Part shown: positions 10,417-19,979 of the stretch, one piece after another
How the letters are laid out: every line of letters begins with the position of its first letter
How positions within the stretch are numbered: the first letter of the stretch is position 1
Source: Candidatus Moraniibacteriota bacterium
GTDB lineage: Bacteria > Patescibacteriota > Minisyncoccia > Moranbacterales > UBA2206
NCBI GenBank assembly: GCA_003483065.1
Contig: DMWY01000001.1
Location: forward strand, 8,606 to 72,605
DNA: 64,000 bases
Direction of reading: 5' to 3'
The notes under the pieces: model-generated
Seen by the model: the letters and a program-made list of their open reading frames with translations, nothing else
What the model was told of the DNA's origin: nothing
Databases searched by the model: none
Position numbers and translations under genes: made by a program

Positions 10417-11187
10417 ATGAATAAAATTGAATTAAAATATTTTTTTAAGTTAAAAAATATAGGTAAAATAGTAAAAAAATTGATTATGCAACACTGGAAT
10501 CAGAAAAAGAAAATTCCAGAATATAAAAATATTATAGATGGTCTCACTGAGAATTCAATAACAGTATTTACAAGTATTATAGGAGACAAAGATATTCTTT
10601 TAGATAATCAAATCACCGAAGGCGCGAATTTTATAGCTTTTACTAATCAGAAAAGTGATGTATGGAAAACAATAAAACCGTATGATAAGTTTAAGGACGA
10701 CAGAAGAAATTCGCGGATCTATAAAATAATGCCTCATATGTTTTTTGATACGGAGTATTCTATCTGGATGGATGGGAATGTAAAATTAAAAGTTCCGGCA
10801 AAAGAAGTAGTCGATAAATTTCTCAAAGATAAAAACATTGCTTTATGGAAGCATAAAAATAGAGATTGTATTTATGCTGAGGCGGAAGCATGCTACGAGC
10901 AAAATAGAGAAACTCCAGAAGCTCTAGGAGAGCAAATAGAGGCGTATAGAAAACTAGATACCCCAGAACATAACGGACTTTATGCGGCTACAGTTATAAT
11001 TAGACGGCATACAAAAAAAATAAATGAATTAAATGAAAAATGGTGGGCGCATTATTCAAGATATTCAAAAAGAGACCAGATAAGTTTTCCGGTGGTGTTT
11101 CCTAAGGAAGAAATAAATTGCATAGAGGATGGAGAAATGTGGAAAAATAAATATTTTGAAAGAATAGAACATATTACAGAAGTATAA
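10417..11187 (+). CDS. DUF616-family glycosyltransferase
   Basis: YSIWMDGN, H..RDCIYAEA, RDQISFP. Confidence 0.75.
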   Translation: MNKIELKYFFKLKNIGKIVKKLIMQHWNQKKKIPEYKNIIDGLTENSITVFTSIIGDKDILLDNQITEGANFIAFTNQKSDVWKTIKPYDKFKDDRRNSRIYKIMPHMFFDTEYSIWMDGNVKLKVPAKEVVDKFLKDKNIALWKHKNRDCIYAEAEACYEQNRETPEALGEQIEAYRKLDTPEHNGLYAATVIIRRHTKKINELNEKWWAHYSRYSKRDQISFPVVFPKEEINCIEDGEMWKNKYFERIEHITEV

Positions 11188-11191
11188 AAAT

Positions 11192-12133
11192 ATGGAAAAA
11201 ATAAACTGCCCAATTTGCGATAATAGTAAATTTACCTTCGTACTGAGCGGAAGCGATACTTTGCATAATATCGAAGGAAATTTCAATGTTGTGAAATGTG
11301 AAAAATGTTCGTTGATGTTAACTAATCCACGACCAGATTTCTATGAAATAAAAAAATACTATCCGGATGATTATACACCCTATAAATTAAATTTTAATCG
11401 TGCTGAAAAAATAGCTAAAATAAGAAAAAAATACAAATGGTTTTTTAGAATAATTGATCCAAAAATGACGCTAGATTTAAATACGAATCAAGAGAATGCT
11501 AATGTTTTAGAAATTGGATGTGGAGCAGGAAATTTTCTTTATGAATTAAAATTATTACACCCAAAATGGAATATAATGGGGGTAGATTTTAATGTAAAAA
11601 GCATAGATGTCTTAAAAAAATATGGGATGAATGTTTTTGCTTCTGATTTAATAAATCTTAATATTGAATCGAGCAGTGTGGATATTGTTTATGGTTGGAT
11701 GATTATGGAACATGTACACGAGATAAATAAAACTTTATCAGAAGTGCGTCGAGTTTTGAAAGATGATGGGAAATTTTGCTTTTCGATTCCAAATGCTAAA
11801 AGTTGGGAGCTTAGATTTTTTAGTAAAAATTGGTTCGCTTTGCAACTGCCAACTCACTTGTATCATTTTACGGAAAATACCATATCGAAAATTCTGGAAA
11901 AAAATGGCCTTGAAGTGGAAAAAATAATTCATCAAAAAAGCGTAACTAATATTTTTCTAAGTCTCAGAATAATTGCAGAAAAAAGTTTTTTGCCAAAAAT
12001 AATGAAGAAATTTTTGAGTCGACTTTTAAGTTGGAATATTGTATGTTTTATTTTAACATTGCCAATTGCATCTATTCTTGCAATAAGTAAGCAATCTGGT
12101 CGCTTAACGATTATTGCAAATAAAAAATTATGA
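11192..12133 (+). CDS. class I SAM methyltransferase with N-terminal zinc-finger-like motif
   Basis: CPIC/CEKC, VLEIGCGAG, MEHV, PTHLYHF. Confidence 0.88.
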   Translation: MEKINCPICDNSKFTFVLSGSDTLHNIEGNFNVVKCEKCSLMLTNPRPDFYEIKKYYPDDYTPYKLNFNRAEKIAKIRKKYKWFFRIIDPKMTLDLNTNQENANVLEIGCGAGNFLYELKLLHPKWNIMGVDFNVKSIDVLKKYGMNVFASDLINLNIESSSVDIVYGWMIMEHVHEINKTLSEVRRVLKDDGKFCFSIPNAKSWELRFFSKNWFALQLPTHLYHFTENTISKILEKNGLEVEKIIHQKSVTNIFLSLRIIAEKSFLPKIMKKFLSRLLSWNIVCFILTLPIASILAISKQSGRLTIIANKKL

Positions 12134-12942
12134 ACAATAGCACCGGGATGGTGAGTATTATATTAGTTACTTATAACGCTGAAAAATTTATTTTTCAGAC
12201 TATTGAAAGTTGCCTTAATCAATCTTATGAAAATACAGAGATACTTATTTTAGATAATGCCTCAAGTGATAAAACTTTGGAAATATTGAAAACTTTTAAC
12301 GATCAACGGATAAATATTTTTGAAAAAGAAAAAAATATTGGTCCTTATGCTGGACTAAATTTTCTTCTTGACCAGGCCAAAGGGGAATACATAGCTATTC
12401 AGGATCATGATGATATTTGGTTTCCGGAAAAAATAGAAAAACAAATAGAATTTTTAGATAAAAATCAACAAATTTTAGCATGTGGAACGGAAACTTTTTA
12501 TTATTATGAAAAAAGAGAAATTTTCTTATTGGATAAATGTCAAGGTTTTGTAGATTTTGTCAATCACACCTCGCTCGTTTTTCGCAACAATGAATTTAGA
12601 TATGACACAAGTTATGTTTTGGCGGATGAGTATTTTGAGAGAAAAGTATTGGGAAAAAATAGCAAGATATTTTGCATAAGTGAACCACTTACGATTCATA
12701 GAATAAGAAATGACGGAAACAATCTTTCGCATAGTAGATTTTCATTTACTAAAAAGAATTTAAAAGATTTTTTTGAAATTAATGGTTTTAGCGTGAGAGC
12801 TATTCTATATATAGGCAGTCTATTGCTTGTTAAGTATTTCAATGAAAAGATAGTTTGGTTTATTATTAATATTATAAAAATAAAATCAAAAAGAATTAGT
12901 AAGCATAAATTTGCCTTGAAATATCCCGAAATAATAACTTAA
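12130..12942 (+). CDS. glycosyltransferase family 2
   Basis: VSIILVTYN, DNASSD, IQDHDD. Confidence 0.9.
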   Translation: MNNSTGMVSIILVTYNAEKFIFQTIESCLNQSYENTEILILDNASSDKTLEILKTFNDQRINIFEKEKNIGPYAGLNFLLDQAKGEYIAIQDHDDIWFPEKIEKQIEFLDKNQQILACGTETFYYYEKREIFLLDKCQGFVDFVNHTSLVFRNNEFRYDTSYVLADEYFERKVLGKNSKIFCISEPLTIHRIRNDGNNLSHSRFSFTKKNLKDFFEINGFSVRAILYIGSLLLVKYFNEKIVWFIINIIKIKSKRISKHKFALKYPEIIT

Positions 12943-12944
12943 GA

Positions 12945-14837
12945 TTATTTATCAAAATATTCCCTAAACCAAAGTTCTAAGGTAATAAGAGCCCAAATAC
13001 GATAAGCATGGCTGATTTGCGTATTTACATGTTCATCTAGAAGGGCTCGCACAGCTTCTTTTTTAAATAACTTTCTATTTATTGCTTTCTCAGATAAAAG
13101 AGTGTCATAAGCGAAATTCTTGAGTTCAGCGCGAAACCAGACATCAATAGGAATACCAAAGCCCATTTTTGGGCGAAACATTACCTCATCTGGCACAAGG
13201 CCACGCAAAGCTTCTTTGAGAATGTATTTTTTATTATTCAGACCTTTGATTTTTAGATTGAATGGAATCTGAGCGGTGAGTTCGAGCAGTTCATGGTCAA
13301 GAAAAGGGGATCGGCCTTCGAGGGCAACTGCCATCGAATCGATGTCAACTTTCACCATCAAATCATCTGGGAGATAGGTTGAAAAATCAGCGAAAAGGCA
13401 TTGATCCATTTTATTTTTCGTTTCAGCTTCGCCAAATTTTTCCGCGACGATATTATAAGAGTCAATATTTTTAGTTTTTTCTTTGAAACTGTCAGTATAA
13501 ATTTCATTTTTAAGTTCATTGGAGAAATAACGGATATAATTTACATATCTATAATCGTATTTTTGAGAAAGTGTATTTGAAAAAACATAAGCTCGATCAA
13601 AAAAAGTATTCTTAATATTTTTTGCTAAAAATTTGGCAATCGGCAAGATGATTTGTTTGTGAAAGGGAATCAATTTATTATAAAGTATTCCAAATTTTTG
13701 CACGCTATATCTCCCATACCCAGCAAAATTTTCATCCCCACCATCGCCGTTAAGTGCCACTGTCACGAAATCTCTGGTCATCTTGGAAACATAATATGTC
13801 GGCAGGGCGCTGGAATCAGCAAAAGGTTCTTCGTATTGTTTCACTAGCATCGGCAAAAGTTCAATAGCATTTGGTTTCACAACAAATTCCTTGTGATCAG
13901 TTTTGAATTTTTCTGCAACAATGCGGGCGTATTTCAATTCATTATATTTTTCTTCTTCAAAACCGATGGAAAAAGTTTTCACTGGCTTGTTTGAGAGCTT
14001 ACTCATGAGAGCCACAATGGCGCTAGAATCAATTCCTCCAGAAAGAAAAGTTCCGAGTGGAACATCGGAAATCATCCTCAGTCTGACTGATTCTTCTAAC
14101 TTTTTCATTATTCTTTTTTTCCATTCGTCTTCCGACATGTCTAATTTTTTAGAATAATCCAATTTCCAATATCTCTCTTTTTCTACCTTTTTTGTTTTTA
14201 GATTAATCAAAAGATAGTGTGCTGGTTCTAATTTTTTGAGATCTTTAAATCCAGTAAGAGGAGTAGGACAGTATTGCAAAGTAAGATAATGATGAATGGC
14301 AACATAATCCGGTTCCTTTCGATATTCTTTTTGTGTGAGAATGGCTTTGAGCTCGGAAGCGAAAATAAAAACATTTTCATTAAGATAATATTTGAAAGGT
14401 TTTTTCCCCACGCGATCACGCGCACAAAAAATCGTTTTTTCTTTTTCGTCATAGATTGCGAAAGAAAACATTCCGCGCAAATGTTCCAAGCATTTTTTTC
14501 CGAATTTATCATAAAGTGCCAAAAGCACCTCCGTGTCTGCTTTGGATTTGAAAGTGTAGCCTTCTTTGATTAACATCTCCCGTTTTTCTTGAAAATTATA
14601 TATCTCTCCATTGAAAACTATCCAATAGCGATTTAGGTAATTCATTGGTTGGTGGCCAAGAGGGGAGAGATCGATAATGGAAAGTCGTCGATGCCCAAGT
14701 CCAATTTTTTTATCTTGTGAGATATATACTCCGCCATCATCCGGACCGCGGTGCAGAATTTTTTCGTTCATAGCCAAAATATCCTGCTCCGAAACAGAAT
14801 CATTTTCAAAATAAATTTTACCAGTTATTCCACACAT
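12945..14837 (-). CDS. asnB: asparagine synthase (glutamine-hydrolysing) family amidotransferase, probably glycan amidation
   Basis: MCGI, HRGPD, HRRLSIID, FNGEIYN, LSGGIDSS, GDGGDE, KMGF. Confidence 0.92.
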   Translation of the reverse strand: MCGITGKIYFENDSVSEQDILAMNEKILHRGPDDGGVYISQDKKIGLGHRRLSIIDLSPLGHQPMNYLNRYWIVFNGEIYNFQEKREMLIKEGYTFKSKADTEVLLALYDKFGKKCLEHLRGMFSFAIYDEKEKTIFCARDRVGKKPFKYYLNENVFIFASELKAILTQKEYRKEPDYVAIHHYLTLQYCPTPLTGFKDLKKLEPAHYLLINLKTKKVEKERYWKLDYSKKLDMSEDEWKKRIMKKLEESVRLRMISDVPLGTFLSGGIDSSAIVALMSKLSNKPVKTFSIGFEEEKYNELKYARIVAEKFKTDHKEFVVKPNAIELLPMLVKQYEEPFADSSALPTYYVSKMTRDFVTVALNGDGGDENFAGYGRYSVQKFGILYNKLIPFHKQIILPIAKFLAKNIKNTFFDRAYVFSNTLSQKYDYRYVNYIRYFSNELKNEIYTDSFKEKTKNIDSYNIVAEKFGEAETKNKMDQCLFADFSTYLPDDLMVKVDIDSMAVALEGRSPFLDHELLELTAQIPFNLKIKGLNNKKYILKEALRGLVPDEVMFRPKMGFGIPIDVWFRAELKNFAYDTLLSEKAINRKLFKKEAVRALLDEHVNTQISHAYRIWALITLELWFREYFDK

Positions 14838-16194
14838 GAGCGTTTAGAAATTTTTGTAAACCAAAAAGTAAGTCGGTATTAATACCATAAGAATAGAGAA
14901 GATTAATGAGGATAAAAAAGAATAACCCTAAATATAAAAATATTTTTATAATTATATGATGAAGTTTGTTCTTAATTAGCTCATCATTTAGTTTAAAGGA
15001 GAGCCATACACCATAGGCATATATGAGAAATGTAATTGGCCAAATAAAAACAAGAGATCTATCAGCATGTTCATTAATAGAGGATAATAATGTAAAAGTT
15101 AAAGCAGAAAAATAAAGAGAGAGAATTTTATATTGCTTATAATGAAATAAAATAAAGATTACATATATAAATATTATCACAAATGCAAAGTTAAAAAAAA
15201 TCCAATTAAAATATCTATCCTCAATAATCGCAAATCCAGGGAATAAGTCACTATATTTATAATGGTTTGTTTGTTTGCTTATTGCTGTTGTTGATGGCGA
15301 AGATGATGGTGATGGCGATGGCGAGAATGATGAAGAAGAAGATGAAGAAGATGAAGCTGAGGATGATAAAGATGATGAAGAAGATAAGACGGGACTTGTT
15401 TTTGGTGATTCAATAGTGGAATTAATAATATTAGAATTTATGATAAATGATTTGATGCCATAAGGATTATCCCCATCTAAATAATAAGATGTTGGAAGAT
15501 AAAAAATAAATAAAATGAAAATTGAAAGGGCTATTTTTTTTAGCATAAGCAAATCGATTTTTTTTATAAAAAAAGAATAAAAAATATAAAAAAGAGCTAG
15601 AGTTATCATTAAATATAAAAAGATTGTATGAGTATATAGTCCTAGCGGAATCAATACTAACAATATTATTTTCCAATGTTTATAATTGCCCAATATAATT
15701 GCAAATATAACAAATATTAATAAAACAGCAAAAAATCCAGGTACTATCCACCAAAATCCATGGTACCGGCCACCATTATATAGGGCGAGAAAAAAAAGCA
15801 AGAAAGCAATTAGCTTTTTGTCTGTTTCTATATTTTTTAAAAAAATAATCAACGAAGGCAATAGAATCAAAATTCCAATATAGAAGCTTAAATGAAAAAC
15901 ATCCACAGCCTTTATGTTTAGTAATTGACCAATAGAACCGAAAAATAATCGATAAGACAAATGTTCAAATCCAAAATAATCATTAAAAGAAGATAGAAAC
16001 TCTTCACAAGAAAAAAGAGAAGGACATTTAATAATTGAATTTATATGATATATGTATGTTTGAGCTTCCTCTCCTCTTGACCACTCGTGATCAAATAGAA
16101 CAGAAATTAAGAAAAATTTCCATCCAATAAAAAATAAGGAGGATAATAAAATCCACTTATTGCTTTTGATGAAAATTATAATTCTCTCAATCAT
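14818..16194 (-). CDS. polytopic membrane protein (possible GT-C) with a poly-Ser/Pro loop
   Basis: Many hydrophobic segments, YTH motif, Ser-rich tract; overlaps both neighbours. Confidence 0.6.
   Translation of the reverse strand: MIERIIIFIKSNKWILLSSLFFIGWKFFLISVLFDHEWSRGEEAQTYIYHINSIIKCPSLFSCEEFLSSFNDYFGFEHLSYRLFFGSIGQLLNIKAVDVFHLSFYIGILILLPSLIIFLKNIETDKKLIAFLLFFLALYNGGRYHGFWWIVPGFFAVLLIFVIFAIILGNYKHWKIILLVLIPLGLYTHTIFLYLMITLALFYIFYSFFIKKIDLLMLKKIALSIFILFIFYLPTSYYLDGDNPYGIKSFIINSNIINSTIESPKTSPVLSSSSSLSSSASSSSSSSSSFSPSPSPSSSPSTTAISKQTNHYKYSDLFPGFAIIEDRYFNWIFFNFAFVIIFIYVIFILFHYKQYKILSLYFSALTFTLLSSINEHADRSLVFIWPITFLIYAYGVWLSFKLNDELIKNKLHHIIIKIFLYLGLFFFILINLLYSYGINTDLLFGLQKFLNAHVWNNW
15284..15397 (-). 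repeat. trinucleotide low-complexity tract encoding poly-Ser/Ser-Pro
   Basis: (gat/gaa)n on + strand; SPVLSSSSSLSSSASSSSSSSSSFSPSPSPSSSPSTTA on - strand. Confidence 0.85.
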
Positions 16195-17332
16195 TTTTTA
16201 GTATTTCTAGGTATTTTTCAATGGAATTTTCCCAACCAAAATTAATATTTAACTTAATTTTATTATTCTTTTTGTATCTTTTAATTTTTTCTTTATCTAA
16301 AATAAGCTCTGTTATTTTTTTTGCTACTAATTCTTTTTCTGATTTTTCAATCAAGAGTCCATTTTGATTATCTTGGATAACTTCATCCGCACCTTCATTG
16401 GGCGTAGCAATGATTGCACAGCCACAAGCCATTGCTTCCAGAAGGGAAGTTGAAAGTCCTCCCCCTGGCATTGAAGAATGCAGATAAATGTCAGAAATTT
16501 TTAGAATACTGATAACTTTTTCTCGTGGTAAATTCCCAAACATTTTTACGCAACTTTCTTTTTTGGATATTTTTTCTAGATATTGAAAATCTTCCCCGTC
16601 GCCAATTATCAAAAAAACAATTTTTTCTTTCAAGTCTTTGGGCAGAAGTTTTATTGCTTCGATACTATTTTCAACCCCTTTCCATTTGTATAATCTTCCA
16701 ATAAAAGAAATTATTATCTTATTTTCAAATTCTTTTTTTGTTTCTAAATCAGGAATAATTTTTTCAATAGCTTCAAAATCTAAACCGCGATAAATAATCG
16801 GCGACTCTCTTTTGTCGAACTTGAAAACAAATTTTTGAACAGCCTTGGAAATGGAAATGTTTAAATCGGAAAATCTAAAAATTAAAAATCCAAAAGTATA
16901 ATCATATGATTTTGCAATAGCCGTTTTGAAATTGCTTGAGAGTTTTACAAAATCTGAGCCATGCTCAATGTGGATCCAACGAACTTTTTTTATTTTAGCA
17001 TAAATAAGAGTGAGAAGCGAGGTATTGAAAAATCTAGTGCGAGAAATTGTGATATCAAATTTTTGATTGAATAATCTCAGAAAAAGCGACCAGAATTTCA
17101 ACGACCAAAATTTTGGCAGGGGATAATTGGAAATAATTTCAAAAGCTGGAAAACGAATAATTTTTACATTGTTGTATAGTATTTCAGATTCAGGAGAATT
17201 TTTTGGTAATTTCGGCGTAAAAACAGTTATATCTATCCCTCTTTGAGATAGATATTTATTGAATTCATCAGCGTGTGATTCTAGCCCGCCAGTATGAGGC
17301 GGGTAATATGGGCAAAATATTAGAAGTTTCAT
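16187..17332 (-). CDS. glycosyltransferase family 4
   Basis: YYPPHTGGLE, STSLLEAMACG. Confidence 0.9.
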   Translation of the reverse strand: MKLLIFCPYYPPHTGGLESHADEFNKYLSQRGIDITVFTPKLPKNSPESEILYNNVKIIRFPAFEIISNYPLPKFWSLKFWSLFLRLFNQKFDITISRTRFFNTSLLTLIYAKIKKVRWIHIEHGSDFVKLSSNFKTAIAKSYDYTFGFLIFRFSDLNISISKAVQKFVFKFDKRESPIIYRGLDFEAIEKIIPDLETKKEFENKIIISFIGRLYKWKGVENSIEAIKLLPKDLKEKIVFLIIGDGEDFQYLEKISKKESCVKMFGNLPREKVISILKISDIYLHSSMPGGGLSTSLLEAMACGCAIIATPNEGADEVIQDNQNGLLIEKSEKELVAKKITELILDKEKIKRYKKNNKIKLNINFGWENSIEKYLEILKND

Positions 17333-17676
17333 TTTTTATTATTTATTTCTTTTAAGCTTTCTTTTCTGGTCAAAATCGATATATTTTGTTCTAATCTTTC
17401 GATAGAATTGAGGAGCTTAAAGATGATAAGGAAAATTAGAATGAATCCAACTAAAATAACAGCGTTGATGTTACCTTCAATTCCTATAAGTGTGGCCAGG
17501 CTTATGCTGGCTTTGGGATAAATAACAATTGCAATCATTCCACCCCACACAATTAGCCTAATGAGAAGTTTCAAAAAAGTTTGTTGGCGTTGTTTTTTGA
17601 AATATCGATCCGCACCCTGATAAATCATCAAGGCGGAAATTATTATAACTGCAATTTGGTACAAATGGATGTTCAT
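17329..17676 (-). CDS. DUF2304 family membrane protein (GacJ/Rv3632-like partner of polyprenol-P-sugar synthases)
   Basis: 115 aa, three TM segments, LIGI..N, C-terminal ERLEQNISILTR. Confidence 0.8.
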   Translation of the reverse strand: MNIHLYQIAVIIISALMIYQGADRYFKKQRQQTFLKLLIRLIVWGGMIAIVIYPKASISLATLIGIEGNINAVILVGFILIFLIIFKLLNSIERLEQNISILTRKESLKEINNKK

Positions 17677-17685
17677 AATATTAGT

Positions 17686-17742
17686 AATTTTAAATTTTTA
17701 ATTTTAAATTTGAAATGAAATATTAATTATTAAATTTTAAAT
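17686..17742. repeat. AT-rich 7-bp periodic array downstream of the four-helix-bundle gene
   Basis: attttaa attttta attttaa atttgaa; imperfect inverted match (26/31) to 18129-18159. Confidence 0.6.
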
Positions 17743-18111
17743 CTATTCTTTTTTATTCTCAATAGTTTTAATGATTTTTGAGAAAATTAATGTTAATTCT
17801 TGGGCTTCTTTCCAATAAATTCTACATTCTTCAGTTACGCTAGGTATAGATTTGGAAATAAGTTGCAACCAATATTTTGTTTCTTTTGCTTCTTTTTTAC
17901 AAATATAAATTTTATTTTTAAAATCTTTTTTTGAACTAGCTCCATTTGCTTCACAATAATTAGCGCCAATACTAGTTGCCGATCTAACTAGTTGGCTTAT
18001 AATCGGGATTGTTATTATATTTTTTTCTATTCCAGAAAGAAATACGATCATATCCTCACTAAATTTTGAAGTTCTATCTTCTAGGTCGTATTGTTTTTTG
18101 TTTTCGTTCAT
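17743..18111 (-). CDS. four helix bundle protein (23S rRNA-IVP/Avd-like superfamily)
   Basis: DLEDRT..F, QLVRSATSIGANYCEA, SKKDF, KEAKETKYWL. Confidence 0.92.
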   Translation of the reverse strand: MNENKKQYDLEDRTSKFSEDMIVFLSGIEKNIITIPIISQLVRSATSIGANYCEANGASSKKDFKNKIYICKKEAKETKYWLQLISKSIPSVTEECRIYWKEAQELTLIFSKIIKTIENKKE

Positions 18112-18128
18112 TTATAAATTTGATATTG

Positions 18129-18159
18129 ATTAAAAATTATAAATTTAAAATTTAAAATT
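18129..18159. repeat. AT-rich 7-bp periodic array upstream of the four-helix-bundle gene
   Basis: ttaaaaa ttataaa tttaaaa tttaaaa. Confidence 0.6.
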
Positions 18160-18161
18160 GT

Positions 18162-18839
18162 TCAAGAAATTATACTCCAAATCATTTTATATAATGTTTT
18201 GAGACCGGTGAGAAAATCTTGTTTTTGAATTTTGCCCATTGAATATTCGGTGTAGCGAACAGTGATTGGAACTTCCTTGTATTTTAGCTTATATTTTCTA
18301 ATTTCGCGAATTACTTCGCTGTCATATTCATAACGATCAGACTTAGTATTGATAACTTCGGCAGCGTGACGAGAGTAGGCGCGAAAGCCGGACTGGGAAT
18401 CGGTCACCCAAAGGCCATAGAGGTACCAGGTGAAAAAATTTCCAATTTTGTTGGCTAGAATTTTGTGTGCCGGCATACCTTTGGGGTTGAGAAGTCGAGT
18501 GCCGAGCACTACATCAAAATTTTCAAATTCAATCGGCGCGGTCAACCTAGCAATGTCGGCTGGATCATGCTGTCCATCACCGTCAAGTGTGACAATAATA
18601 TCCGCGCCCAAAATTTTGGCCGCTTCAATGCCGGTTTTAGTAGCGGCGCCTTTCCCGCGATTTAGGCGATGGCGAAAAACCAAACCACCCAAGATTTCTT
18701 GGGCTTTGGAAAAAGTGTCATCGACGCTTCCGTCATCAACTACGACGATGTTTTCATAACCGGACTTTTTGATTTCAGCTATGACATCGCAAATGACTTT
18801 TCCTTCATTGTAGGCCGGAATAACAATATATATTTTCAT
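18162..18839 (-). CDS. GT2 polyprenol-phosphate glycosyltransferase (DPM1/PpgS/GacI-like)
   Basis: IPAYNE, DDGS, NRGKG, LDGDGQH, DSQSGFRA. Confidence 0.9.
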   Translation of the reverse strand: MKIYIVIPAYNEGKVICDVIAEIKKSGYENIVVVDDGSVDDTFSKAQEILGGLVFRHRLNRGKGAATKTGIEAAKILGADIIVTLDGDGQHDPADIARLTAPIEFENFDVVLGTRLLNPKGMPAHKILANKIGNFFTWYLYGLWVTDSQSGFRAYSRHAAEVINTKSDRYEYDSEVIREIRKYKLKYKEVPITVRYTEYSMGKIQKQDFLTGLKTLYKMIWSIIS

Positions 18840-18874
18840 TTTTCCAGTATAACATAAAAGCTGATTTTGGATAA

Positions 18875-18903
18875 TTGCCGTTTTTTTGAAATTATAGTAT
18901 TAT
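18875..18903 (+). promoter_or_regulatory. sigma70-like promoter
   Basis: TTGCCG-N17-TATTAT upstream of 18953. Confidence 0.5.
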
Positions 18904-18952
18904 TTATTCATAGGGAGATAAGCAGCATCTTTAATTTTTTAAGTTTATTTTT

Positions 18953-19891
18953 ATGTCAGAAAACAAAAAAATATCAGTGGTAGTGCCGTTGTATAACGAA
19001 GAGGGGAATGTCAAAAATTTGCATGCTAAGATTCTGAGTGCTTGTCAGAATCTTGGTCGAGAATTTGAAATTATTTTTATTGATGATGGATCGAAAGATA
19101 AGACAGTGGAAAACTGCCAAGGACTTTCGCCATTGAAGCTGATTGAATTTAGAAGAAATTTTGGCCAAACCGCTGCTTTTGATGCGGGGATAAAAAATGC
19201 CGAAGGAGATATTATTATCACGATGGATGGTGATTTACAAAATGATCCGGCAGATATTGGGTTGCTTTTAGAAGAAATGGAAAAAGGTTTTGATATTGTT
19301 TCCGGTTGGAGATTTAACAGAAAAGATAATTTTTCTAAAAAGTTCTTTTCACGGGGAGCTAATCTGCTTCGAAAGATTTTGATTCACGACAAAATACATG
19401 ACAGTGGCTGTTCTTTGAAAGCTTATCGAAAAGAGTGTTTTGCGGACGTGGATCTTTTTGGTGAAATGCATCGTTTTATCCCGGCACTTTTAGAATTGCA
19501 GGGGTATAAGGTGGGAGAAGTGAAAGTCTCGCATCATCCACGAGTCAGTGGAGTGACGAAATATAATTGGAAGAGGGGAATGAAAGGTTTTGTGGATATG
19601 GTTTCTATTTGGTTTTGGGGAAAATATTCCAACAGGCCGTTGCATCTTTTTGGCGGTTCAGGAATAATTTTGTCCTTGGCTGGTTTTGGAATCTTGACTT
19701 GGATGGCGATTGGAAAGATATTTTTTGCTATGTCACTTTCACAAAAAATTTGGCCACTGATGGGTGTGTTTTTTATCATGATTGGCATCCAACTTTTCAT
19801 TTTCGGACTTTTAGCTGATATTCTTGTTAAGAATTATTACAAAAGCCAAAATAGAATGAACTACTCGATTAAAGAGATAAAAGAATCATGA
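18953..19891 (+). CDS. GT2 undecaprenyl-phosphate glycosyltransferase (ArnC/GtrB-like), two C-terminal TMs
   Basis: PLYNEE, RNFGQTAA, MDGDLQNDP, HDSGCSLKAYR, GEMHRFIP. Confidence 0.9.
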   Translation: MSENKKISVVVPLYNEEGNVKNLHAKILSACQNLGREFEIIFIDDGSKDKTVENCQGLSPLKLIEFRRNFGQTAAFDAGIKNAEGDIIITMDGDLQNDPADIGLLLEEMEKGFDIVSGWRFNRKDNFSKKFFSRGANLLRKILIHDKIHDSGCSLKAYRKECFADVDLFGEMHRFIPALLELQGYKVGEVKVSHHPRVSGVTKYNWKRGMKGFVDMVSIWFWGKYSNRPLHLFGGSGIILSLAGFGILTWMAIGKIFFAMSLSQKIWPLMGVFFIMIGIQLFIFGLLADILVKNYYKSQNRMNYSIKEIKES

Positions 19892-19918
19892 AGCATGAAG
19901 CATATAACATGAAACATA
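19884..19918 (+). repeat. 7-bp tandem array
   Basis: aatcatg aagcatg aagcata taacatg aaacata. Confidence 0.8.
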
Positions 19919-19935
19919 AAATTAATTAAAAAATA

Positions 19936-19974
19936 ATTCGTAATTCGTACATTTGTATGGATTCGTAATTCGTA
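19936..19974 (+). repeat. 7-bp tandem array
   Basis: attcgta attcgta catttgtatgg attcgta attcgta. Confidence 0.75.
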
Positions 19975-19979
19975 AGGGA

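Noticed and set aside
15275-15463. Highly acidic 62-aa ORF on the + strand
   Set aside because: It is the antisense shadow of the poly-Ser tract in 14818-16194.
17743-18111. 23S rRNA intervening sequence or diversity-generating retroelement
   Set aside because: No rRNA sequence, reverse transcriptase or TR/VR pair is visible in the window.
19953-19979. Upstream starts for ugd, and likewise 49595 and 56491
   Set aside because: The extensions are translations of repeat arrays or palindromic elements; family homology begins at the downstream ATG.
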